DNA of 17,977 bases from positions 48,050-66,026 of the forward strand of contig CAZSKP010000027.1 of assembly GCA_964607485.1 (NCBI GenBank). The letters are read 5' to 3'. Position 1 is the stretch's first letter; the number at the start of each line of letters is the position of its first letter. Both the position numbers and the translations under genes were made by a program. Below, piece after piece: positions 1 through 7,267 of the stretch. The notes beneath the pieces are model-generated. The model did not search any database. It was not told the DNA's origin and worked only from the letters and a program-made list of their open reading frames with translations. The stretch is from an uncultured bacterium. Lineage in GTDB: Bacteria > Abyssobacteria > SURF-5.

Positions 1-861
1 GCGCTTGAGCGCGTCGAGGCCATGGCTTGCCTTGCCGGCGTAGTCGGTATCGAAATAGCCGGTGGCTCCGGGCACGTGCACGACCGAAAGGCCCGCGTAC
101 TTCCCGATTCCGCGAATCAGGTCAACCGCCGAGATAACCGCGCCGGTCATCCCGTAGAGCTCGGAGAATGTCGGCATCGAGGGACGCCTGCCCTGTCCCC
201 ACAGCCATATCATGTTCGCAGGCCTCTTGCCAGCCTCAAGCCTCAGGCGGTTCACCCGGTGCGCGGAGAGCACGCCGACGGAATCGAGCATGAGTTTGCC
301 GAACAACTGCTCGTCGCCGCCGCGGGGCATGTGCCCGTTGATCGACTGGCCGACGATGTCATGGGGCGGAGTGCAGTCGAGGTCGGTGTCCCACCGCTTG
401 CCGTTTTCGGGTCGCGTGACGAGCAAATGTCGGTAGCTCACGCCCGAATAGAACTTGAACGACGGCCCGCCCAGCTCAGCGTCCACGGCGGCGATGAGCT
501 CGGCGGCTTCCTCGCTGGTGATGTGGTCGGCGCTGTAATCGACCATGATGTTGTCGTCAACGGTGACAAGGTTGCATCGGAACGCGACTTCGTCGTCGGA
601 GAGCTCGACGCCGCGGCTGGCGGCCTCCAAAGGTGCGCGCCCGGTATAGTACTTGGCCACGTCGTATCCCAACAGGTTGAGGTTCGCTATGTCGCTTCCG
701 GGGGGCATCTGAGCGGGAATGGTGCGAACGATGCCGACGGCTCCCTTGCGCGCGAGCGCGTCCATGTTGGGAGTGTGGGCGACCTCAAGCGGCGTGCGCC
801 CTCCCAGCTCCTCCAGGGGGTAATCGGCCATGCCGTCGGCGACCAAGAGCGCGAATTTCAT
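1..861 (-). CDS. apgM: Cofactor-independent phosphoglycerate mutase, ApgM/archaeal type (alkaline phosphatase superfamily); 3' end runs off the window
   Basis: Manual translation from ATG at 861 gives MKFALLVADGMADYPLEELGGRTPLEVAHTPNMDALARKG...PPGSDIANLNLLGYD...GYFDTDYAGK. The DGMAD, TPL-x-x-A-x-TPNMD and GSD-x-AN-x-x-LLGYD motifs are typical of ApgM. It is missing from the ORF track, consistent with no stop codon inside the window. GGTGA lies upstream as an RBS. Confidence 0.9.
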   Translation of the reverse strand, partial: MKFALLVADGMADYPLEELGGRTPLEVAHTPNMDALARKGAVGIVRTIPAQMPPGSDIANLNLLGYDVAKYYTGRAPLEAASRGVELSDDEVAFRCNLVTVDDNIMVDYSADHITSEEAAELIAAVDAELGGPSFKFYSGVSYRHLLVTRPENGKRWDTDLDCTPPHDIVGQSINGHMPRGGDEQLFGKLMLDSVGVLSAHRVNRLRLEAGKRPANMIWLWGQGRRPSMPTFSELYGMTGAVISAVDLIRGIGKYAGLSVVHVPGATGYFDTDYAGKASHGLDALKR

Positions 862-914
862 ACTTTCACCGAAAACGACTTGTTCAATTGACTGGAAACC
901 TCACTGCCTATAAC

Positions 915-947
915 AAAAAAAGCGAGGAAAGGAAGGTCCGCCTCGCT
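915..947 (-). terminator. Intrinsic terminator-like hairpin upstream of apgM
   Basis: Minus strand reads AGCGAGG-N13-CCTCGCT then TTTTTT (forward arms 921-927 and 941-947, A-tract 915-920). The long loop lowers confidence. Confidence 0.5.
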
Positions 948-1232
948 GTTTAAGATAGCTTTGCGCTTTTTCTGCTGCTTTTCCCGCCCCTTCAGCGGGG
1001 CCTTCAACAGCCCCCGACGAACCCTGACGCACGGCACATCTTCGGCTCGCTATCGGAACGCGGCTCTCGGCGGCCGCCGCTCCGTCCAAGAGGGCGGGAC
1101 ATCTTCCGACCTGCGCTCTATTGAAACCCTACGTGTTGCCGAATAAGAAGTGGAACCCCTTTCGTTCATTGCTCCGACAAGCGCGAGATTCGAGAGGACT
1201 CTGCCCCGCTCTCGGTCCGGCAGAGTGTGTTC

Positions 1233-3212
1233 TTACTGTCCTGTCGCGGCGTCTTCGGGTTGTTTCTCGCCTTCTTCAGGCGGCTGTTTTTCTTCGGGAG
1301 GAACTTCTTCCGTGCCCTGCTCCGGCTCCTCGGCGGCGGCCTTCTCTTCCTTGGGTTCCTCGGCGGCGGCCTTCTCTTCCTCGGGTTCCTCGGCGGCGGC
1401 CTCCGGGCTGTCGGCGGCGATTTTCCCCGCTCTGGAGGAGAATTCCTCGCCGGCCAATTCGCCAATGCTCACGCCGGTGGGCGCTTCCTGGTCGCCAATG
1501 TCGGTGACGTCTTTCTCGAGGTCTTCCTTGTACTGTTTGAGGCTCAGGCCGATCTTTCGGCTCGCCGGGTCTATGCTGATGATCTTGACGATTATCTTGT
1601 CGTCGGGATGGACGACTTCCTCGGGCTTGCTGACCCGCTCCTTCGAGAGCTCGGAGATGTGGATGAGCCCTTCTATTCCGTTGTCGAGCCGGGCGAAAGC
1701 GCCGAAGGAGACGAGCTTGGAAATGGTGGTCTCGACATAGTCGCCCACGTGGTATCGCTTTCCCACTTCGCGCCAGGGGTCGGACTCGAGCTGTTTGAGC
1801 CCGAGGGATATCTTCTCGTGTTCGGAATCGATGCTGAGTATCTGCACCTCCACCTCATCGCCTTTTTTGAGCACCTCGGAGGGGTGATTGATCTTCTTCG
1901 TCCACGACATGTCGGAGATGTGCAGCAGGCCGTCTATGCCCTCCTCGATCTGGATGAAGGCGCCGTAGTCGGTGAGGTTGCGGACCAGTCCGGGGACAAC
2001 CGTGCCGGGCGGATACTTCTCTTTCATCTTGAGCCACGGATTCTCGCCTATCTGCTTGAGGCCGAGAGATATCTTCTCGTTCTTGGCATCGACGTTCAGC
2101 AGCTTCACGTCGATCTCCTGGCCGATGTGAACGATTTCGGAGGGATGCCTCACGCGTTTGGTCCACGACATCTCGGATATGTGCACCATGCCCTCGACGC
2201 CGTCTTCGAGCTGAACGAAGGCGCCGTAGTCGGTCATGCTGACGACCTTGCCGCGCACGACTGCTCCGACGGGATACTTCTCCGCGACGTGCGTCCACGG
2301 ATTGGGCGTCATCTGCTTGAGGCCGAGCGATATTTTCTCCTCTTCCTTGTTGAAGTTCAGCACCTTCACCTTGAGCCTCTCGCCAACCGATGCGGCCTCG
2401 GAGGGATGTTTTATCCGGCCCCACGACATGTCCGTGATGTGCAGCAGGCCGTCGATGCCGCCGACGTCGATGAACGCGCCGAAGTCGGTGATATTCTTGA
2501 CCACTCCTTCGAGCTCCTGGCCGATCTGAAGGCTGGCGAGCAGTTTCGCCTTCTCCTCGCTCCTGGCCTCGTCGAGCACCTGTTTCCTTGAGAGCACGAC
2601 GTTTCTTCGCCGTTTCGTCAGCTTAATGATTCGGAACTTATACGTTTGTCCGAGGTACTGGTCGAGGTCTCCGACGGGTCGGCGGGCTATCTGGGAGGCA
2701 GGCAGGAATGCATCCAAGCCAATGTCGACCTTGAAGCCGCCCTTGACTTTTCTGACGATCTTTCCCTCGACAAGCTCGTTTTCTTCGTACAGCTTCTGGA
2801 CTTTTGCCCAGTTCTTGATCCTGTCGGCCTTCGTCTTCGAGAGCACTATCATGCCGTCCTGATCTTCGGCTACCTCGATCAGAACGTCCAGGTCGTCTCC
2901 CACCTGCAACTTGTCCGGTTCGGGGAACTCCGTGAGTGAGATCGTCCCCTCCGACTTGAACCCGATATCCACAAGCACGGAGTCGGATCCGATTGAGACA
3001 ATCGTGCCCTTGACGACCTCGCCCTCTCCGAAGTCCTTGAGGGTTCGTTCGTAGATTTCTGACATATCCTCGATTTTGTCAAAATCTATCTCGTCAAGCT
3101 TCTTGCTCCGGGTGGATGAGGGGTCGGGCTGGTCAGACTTCTTCTCGTCCGTCGTGTCCGCTCCTGTTTCCGGGTCCGGGTTGGTCACTTCCTGTTTGTC
3201 TTCAAGTATCAT
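1233..3212 (-). CDS. rpsA: 30S ribosomal protein S1 (six S1 domains, acidic N- and C-terminal extensions)
   Basis: Repeated S1 motifs (VDIGFKSEG, KNITDFGAFIDVGGIDGLLHITDMSW, DYGAFVQLEDGVEGMVHISEMSW, KISLGLKQ). Start moved to ATG 3212, which is 13 nt downstream of GGAGG. The ORF-track start at 3317 lies upstream of the promoter. Confidence 0.97.
   Translation of the reverse strand: MILEDKQEVTNPDPETGADTTDEKKSDQPDPSSTRSKKLDEIDFDKIEDMSEIYERTLKDFGEGEVVKGTIVSIGSDSVLVDIGFKSEGTISLTEFPEPDKLQVGDDLDVLIEVAEDQDGMIVLSKTKADRIKNWAKVQKLYEENELVEGKIVRKVKGGFKVDIGLDAFLPASQIARRPVGDLDQYLGQTYKFRIIKLTKRRRNVVLSRKQVLDEARSEEKAKLLASLQIGQELEGVVKNITDFGAFIDVGGIDGLLHITDMSWGRIKHPSEAASVGERLKVKVLNFNKEEEKISLGLKQMTPNPWTHVAEKYPVGAVVRGKVVSMTDYGAFVQLEDGVEGMVHISEMSWTKRVRHPSEIVHIGQEIDVKLLNVDAKNEKISLGLKQIGENPWLKMKEKYPPGTVVPGLVRNLTDYGAFIQIEEGIDGLLHISDMSWTKKINHPSEVLKKGDEVEVQILSIDSEHEKISLGLKQLESDPWREVGKRYHVGDYVETTISKLVSFGAFARLDNGIEGLIHISELSKERVSKPEEVVHPDDKIIVKIISIDPASRKIGLSLKQYKEDLEKDVTDIGDQEAPTGVSIGELAGEEFSSRAGKIAADSPEAAAEEPEEEKAAAEEPKEEKAAAEEPEQGTEEVPPEEKQPPEEGEKQPEDAATGQ
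1321..1402. repeat. 30-bp tandem repeat (about 2.7 copies) in the rpsA 3' tail, encoding (EEK)AAAEEP units
   Basis: tccggctcctcggcggcggccttctcttcc / ttgggttcctcggcggcggccttctcttcc / tcgggttcctcggcggcggcct. Confidence 0.9.
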
Positions 3213-3261
3213 GTTTTTGTGAAAACCTCCTGGCATAGAAATTTTGTTCCAAAACGACGTT

Positions 3262-3290
3262 ATGCTATCACAATCCTCATATGTTGTCAA
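3262..3290 (-). promoter_or_regulatory. Sigma70-type promoter of rpsA
   Basis: Minus strand TTGACA (3290-3285), 17-nt spacer, TAGCAT (3267-3262), with an extended -10 TG motif. Confidence 0.8.
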
Positions 3291-3398
3291 GCCGCGGAGC
3301 GCCTGAGCACAAGCCAAAAACCCGGTCTCTCGTGAGCCGCTTTCCGGGGTGGAAGACCGAAATCGCGAGCGGCTCAGAATCGACTGCCCGACGCCCGG

Positions 3399-4238
3399 CT
3401 ACCTCACTCCAAAAACGCCATAGACGACTATCGGCTCCCTCTTTCCTTTGACGGCGAGGGGTTCATACTTCTCGGCCTGTACGAAGTCTTTGGTTCCTTC
3501 GTAGGTCGATTCGCTGATCAGTATGTCGGCCGGAAGCTCCTTCGTGAGCGCTTCGATACGCTGGGCGTAGTTCACGTCCTGTCCGATGACCGTGTATTCC
3601 ATCCGTTTTTCCGACCCGATGTTGCCGACGACGACCTCGCCCGTCGATACGCCGATGCCTATCTCGATGTTCGGCCAGCCGTTTATCCTCCACGTACCGT
3701 TCAATTCGCGCAACTTCTCCTGCATGGCGACCGCGGTCCTGACGGCTCTCAGGGCGTCGTCGTCGTGTGCGACGGGAGCGCCGAACAACGCGAGGATGGC
3801 ATCGCCCATGAACTTGTCCAGAGTGCCCTCGTGCTTGAAGATTATGTCGATCATCTCGGACAGATACGAGTTCAGGAACCGGACGAGTTCCTCGGGCTCC
3901 AACCGCTCCGAGAGAGCAGTGAAGCCCCGGATGTCGGAGAGGAGTATGCTCACGGTCTTGCGTTGGCCCTTCAGGTTGACCGGCTCCGAGCTCTGGAGAA
4001 TCTCTTCGACTATCTGGGCGCTGACGTATCGCTGGAACGATTGCTTCAGCAGGTTCTTCGCTTTCTCGAGCTGGACATTCAGCTTGCGGAGTTCCTCCTG
4101 TTTCAGAGCCAGCTTTTGGGATATCACCTCTGATTCACGGATGGTCCTGCCCAGGAGCTTTTCCTTCACGTTGGCCTTGAGCCGAAGCTTCTCGACCTGG
4201 GAAGTCAGTTCAAGTATCTTTCGTTCTGAGACATCCAT
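3399..4238 (-). CDS. Class III (IIIb-like) adenylate cyclase: N-terminal coiled coil + cyclase-transducer-like segment + catalytic domain, with no sensor or TM domain
   Basis: SDIRGFT (metal Asp), DKFMGDAILA (ATP-specifying Lys and second Asp), GIGVSTGEVVVGNIGS, YTVIGQDVNYAQRIE (Thr, Asn, Arg) and a C-terminal VKGK. FQRYVSAQIVEEIL precedes the catalytic domain. The start is uncertain (ATG 4238 with no clear SD, or TTG 4265). Confidence 0.92.
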   Translation of the reverse strand: MDVSERKILELTSQVEKLRLKANVKEKLLGRTIRESEVISQKLALKQEELRKLNVQLEKAKNLLKQSFQRYVSAQIVEEILQSSEPVNLKGQRKTVSILLSDIRGFTALSERLEPEELVRFLNSYLSEMIDIIFKHEGTLDKFMGDAILALFGAPVAHDDDALRAVRTAVAMQEKLRELNGTWRINGWPNIEIGIGVSTGEVVVGNIGSEKRMEYTVIGQDVNYAQRIEALTKELPADILISESTYEGTKDFVQAEKYEPLAVKGKREPIVVYGVFGVR

Positions 4239-4309
4239 GATCGATGGTCGTGCGGTGGGAAGCAAGCAAGGGGTGAGTTTGGAGAGATGCGCGCCGGCCG
4301 GCGGAGGGT

Positions 4310-4756
4310 TTACCGCATCAGGACGGCTTCGAATTCACAGAACTCGTTTCCTCCCGTGCAGCACTTCGACTCCTTGATGCTCACGGTCGCTCCCGTCGCC
4401 CCTTCCAGCACACCCGCGATAACTCCTCTTTCCAATTGCGAGATCGCCTCGTTGTAACCCTTCATGCCCGAACAGCCGAAGCACTCCCTGAATCGTACGG
4501 TGATCTTGTCCTCGGATTCTTGTTTAATGTCCACTATGCCAAGCTTGTGCTGTCTGAGAATTTCAGGGATATCGTCCAACTTCTTCGCTCCCAGGGCTCG
4601 TCCCATGGAACGGCCGAGCATCTGGAACGTGGGCGGAGCGTTCTCCTCCAGTATTTCCTCCAGCGACAGCAATATCAGCCTCACAAACGATATGGGCACC
4701 TCGTAGCCGAGCTGCTCGCGCTTTGGCGTGCCCAACTGTTCTTCTTGCACCACCAT
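4310..4756 (-). CDS. Stand-alone V4R (4-vinyl reductase-like) domain protein
   Basis: 148 aa with LGRSMG, KLGIVDI, ECFGCSG, ERGVIAGVL and the V4R signature E-x-x-C-x(7)-C-x-F (ESKCCTGGNEFCEF). AAGGA RBS upstream. Confidence 0.85.
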   Translation of the reverse strand: MVVQEEQLGTPKREQLGYEVPISFVRLILLSLEEILEENAPPTFQMLGRSMGRALGAKKLDDIPEILRQHKLGIVDIKQESEDKITVRFRECFGCSGMKGYNEAISQLERGVIAGVLEGATGATVSIKESKCCTGGNEFCEFEAVLMR

Positions 4757-4808
4757 GCGTCATCATCCTTTCACGTCAATTAATAATAACGCAATGCGGC
4801 CGTGTGGG

Positions 4809-5606
4809 CTATCCCCGCTTGAGCTCGCGTTCGGTAAATATCCTGTCAGCAATACCGCCGTTCACCTGTCTTTCGTCGAATGTGAGCTGCGTGGTGTGGC
4901 CCGTCTTAAGGTTCTTCATCTCCATGAAGTTTGGACGATAGATGTTCGGCTCGACTTCGACTATGTCCTTGCGCGACTCTATCTTGAAGAATTCGCCTTT
5001 CTTGTCATAGTATTTGGCCTGGACCATGAGGAAGATGTCCTTCCTGATCCATACCTCACGGCGGCTGTAGCCGCTCTCTTCGCTCTGCTTTTCGGTGGCG
5101 GGAAGGGCCTCGATCAGATAGCAGTCGTGCCCGTCGATGGGCTCGGTTCCGACGACGTTATACTTGTGTTTGTCGAGCTTTTCGGAGCGGATGTCTTCGT
5201 AGGTGAAGTCGGTGCCCATGAAGTTATCGCTCTGGTCGCTGGCCGATATCCTGCGCACTTTGCGGAGTGCGGGCAGGTAGAGCCATTGGTCGTCGTCGCT
5301 GTCGGAGTGCTCTATCGTGAGGAGTCCCACCCCCCTCACGTCGGCCGGTTCGAGAAATCGCATGAGAATCTTGTCGTTGTCATTTTCGTCGGTTTTTCTG
5401 TAATATTCGACCGTCCTGTTCCTTTCCTGGCCGCGTTTGTTGATGAGCTTCATGCTCATCTTGTTGAATTCGTCGTCGCCTTTGTTCTGCTGTTCCTCTC
5501 TGTCCATTATCTGGCGGCCGGTGAGCTCCTCGGAACGCACCGTGAGGCTGACCGTCGAAAGCAGTGCCGTCAGAAAGACCGCAGCCATGATTCTCGGAAC
5601 ACTCAT
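4809..5606 (-). CDS. Outer-membrane lipoprotein-sorting (LolA-like) periplasmic protein
   Basis: Signal peptide followed by the family motifs RFLEPADVRGVGLL, DDQWLYLPALRKVRRI, FMGTDFTYED and a C-terminal FTERELKR. Start placed at ATG 5606, 8 nt after AGGAGG. Confidence 0.85.
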   Translation of the reverse strand: MSVPRIMAAVFLTALLSTVSLTVRSEELTGRQIMDREEQQNKGDDEFNKMSMKLINKRGQERNRTVEYYRKTDENDNDKILMRFLEPADVRGVGLLTIEHSDSDDDQWLYLPALRKVRRISASDQSDNFMGTDFTYEDIRSEKLDKHKYNVVGTEPIDGHDCYLIEALPATEKQSEESGYSRREVWIRKDIFLMVQAKYYDKKGEFFKIESRKDIVEVEPNIYRPNFMEMKNLKTGHTTQLTFDERQVNGGIADRIFTERELKRG

Positions 5607-5655
5607 TTTCAATTCCTCCTCATCCCTAAAGAAAGGACAACCATACGCCGGGGGC

Positions 5656-7041
5656 TTAGAACGTATACTTCAACTTGGCAAACATCCTGTCATTGTCCTT
5701 GAACTGTCCGAAAAACGTATCACGCGGACCCCCCAGGACGTCGACGCCGACGGCGACCTCGAAATTATCCGTCACCTGGTGAACCATTTGGGACTGAAAA
5801 TAGAAATCGTTGCCCTGGTAGAAGTCTACCGCCCCCTTCACTTCGAGCCTCGTGTACTCGGAGAACTCGTACGTGATTTTCGTCGCAACGGCGCTCATGA
5901 ACACCCTGTCGAGCGCAGTGCCCGTGTCGAGCGCACTGCCTTTCTCGGTCACTTCTTCTCCTGCATATTCTACAATGATAAAAAGGTCGTGGTCAAATAG
6001 TATGTCGCTCTTCGTGTAGTCAAATCCTATGACGTAGTCGATGCGGGCATCCTCCTTGTCGCCGTCGAATTTCAGGTAGGCCGCCTCGCCGTGGAGACCC
6101 CACCTGTCGAACGTCGTGGCGAAATCTCCCCCTATGGCGCGGAACCGATGATAGACGGGGACGACGGTGGCGAACGGGAACACGGGGCTTGGCCGGAGCA
6201 CCGGCGAGGGAATATCGTTCACGCCGTCGTAGTAGCTCACGGAGAAGTCCCATCCCCGATACGTCGTCTTCAACCGGGCGCCGAACTGGGAGTTGTCGAT
6301 TGTGTTCGACGGAAGCTCGGGGTCCTCGACGGGCAGAGGCGTCACAGGGGGAATGAGCGAGAAGCGCGTTCCCCTCGGAGGCAGCCGTGTCGGTGTGAAT
6401 CCGGGCACGCCTATGAGTTGCAGGTTCCAATTGTCCCAATAGTAGTTCAGGTTGACGGCCACCACGCCGATGTCTTCGCCTTCGAGCAGATTGGAGTAGT
6501 CGGTCGGGGTGACATTGTCGGTCGGATTGAAGGCGTCGGCTTTTCCCCAATTCACTATCTGCTTTCCCAGACGCAGGTCGAACGTGTCGAAGTAAATGTC
6601 CAGGAAGGCCTCGGGAAAATTGAGGTAGTTCCTCTTCAGGTCGTCATCCTCCAAGTCGTCCACAAACCCGTGGGTAAAATCGTCGTCGTCGGCCTGAAGC
6701 AGCGCATTGATATAGACGCGCATGTTGTCGCGGAAACTGTTGTCGTACTCCACCCGGAGGCGGCCCACGTTGATGGAATCCCGGCTGTCGCCCCGCGCCT
6801 CATCTTGAAAATACGTGAAGTTGCGGTATTCGAGCGTGATCTTGAAATTCTCGGACTGAGGCCAATTCGCCCAGGCGCCCCCGACCCTTTGAACGGGCGA
6901 GATGCGCTCGGGCTCCGTCTCCTTGAGGATCGTTTCCTGGCAAAGCGCCGGTTGCGCGGCGCCAAGCAGCACCGCAATTGCAGAAAACGCCGCAAGCGGC
7001 CATAGCCGCACTGTTCTAGCGAACCGGGAATTTGCAGGCAT
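5656..7041 (-). CDS. Putative outer-membrane beta-barrel/porin-like protein (DUF1302-like), usual partner of LolA-like proteins
   Basis: N-terminal signal peptide, DLRLGKQIVNWGKADAFNPTD motif, alternating amphipathic strands, and a C-terminal beta-signal (AKLKYTF). Confidence 0.8.
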   Translation of the reverse strand: MPANSRFARTVRLWPLAAFSAIAVLLGAAQPALCQETILKETEPERISPVQRVGGAWANWPQSENFKITLEYRNFTYFQDEARGDSRDSINVGRLRVEYDNSFRDNMRVYINALLQADDDDFTHGFVDDLEDDDLKRNYLNFPEAFLDIYFDTFDLRLGKQIVNWGKADAFNPTDNVTPTDYSNLLEGEDIGVVAVNLNYYWDNWNLQLIGVPGFTPTRLPPRGTRFSLIPPVTPLPVEDPELPSNTIDNSQFGARLKTTYRGWDFSVSYYDGVNDIPSPVLRPSPVFPFATVVPVYHRFRAIGGDFATTFDRWGLHGEAAYLKFDGDKEDARIDYVIGFDYTKSDILFDHDLFIIVEYAGEEVTEKGSALDTGTALDRVFMSAVATKITYEFSEYTRLEVKGAVDFYQGNDFYFQSQMVHQVTDNFEVAVGVDVLGGPRDTFFGQFKDNDRMFAKLKYTF

Positions 7042-7184
7042 AGGGTTCGGCGCTCCTTCCGATGTTCGACCGGCTGGAAACTCGGATGTGTCGTCTTCGT
7101 AGCGTCACTGGTTTTCCGAAAGCCCCGGCCTCCGGGTGTACATCGGCCGGTGGGGTTGTGCCCTCATGGGAAATCCTTGGTGAA

Positions 7185-7214
7185 ATGATATTGCAAAATG
7201 AAGCCCGGAGTCAA
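7185..7214 (-). promoter_or_regulatory. Putative sigma70 promoter for the barrel/LolA-like/V4R/cyclase operon
   Basis: Minus strand TTGACT (7214-7209), 18-nt spacer, TATCAT (7190-7185), in an AT-richer intergenic patch. Confidence 0.6.
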
Positions 7215-7267
7215 GCAGTTTCCAAGAGGAGCTTCCGCTGACGTTTGCGGGCTCTTGTTTCCGCGTC

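Noticed and set aside
22..891. 289-aa plus-strand ORF
   Set aside because: Antisense shadow of apgM with no recognisable motifs; typical of GC-rich codon bias.
1095..1120. CAGGTCGGAAGA on the minus strand, resembling the SRP RNA domain IV loop; the surrounding rod was also considered as 6S RNA
   Set aside because: The AGCAG needed after the GGAA tetraloop is absent, and the rod lacks a two-sided central bubble. No named ncRNA was called; the region is kept only as an unnamed candidate.
1121..2939. Long plus-strand ORFs (1227..2591, 1150..1740 and others)
   Set aside because: Antisense to rpsA; the low-complexity translations simply mirror the real gene.
3255..3275. Possible CRP site (TCACA half-site) in the rpsA promoter, considered because a cyclase is next door
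   Set aside because: No matching TGTGA half-site at the required 6-nt spacing.
3213..3317. N-terminal extension of S1 in the ORF track
   Set aside because: It spans the promoter and the SD sequence; ATG 3212 is the better start.
4239..4340. Possible frameshifted V4R-cyclase fusion
   Set aside because: V4R ends cleanly right after its C-x-F motif. The cyclase frame is open upstream only to a TGA at 4335-4337, encodes non-domain-like sequence there, and I saw no slippery heptamer.
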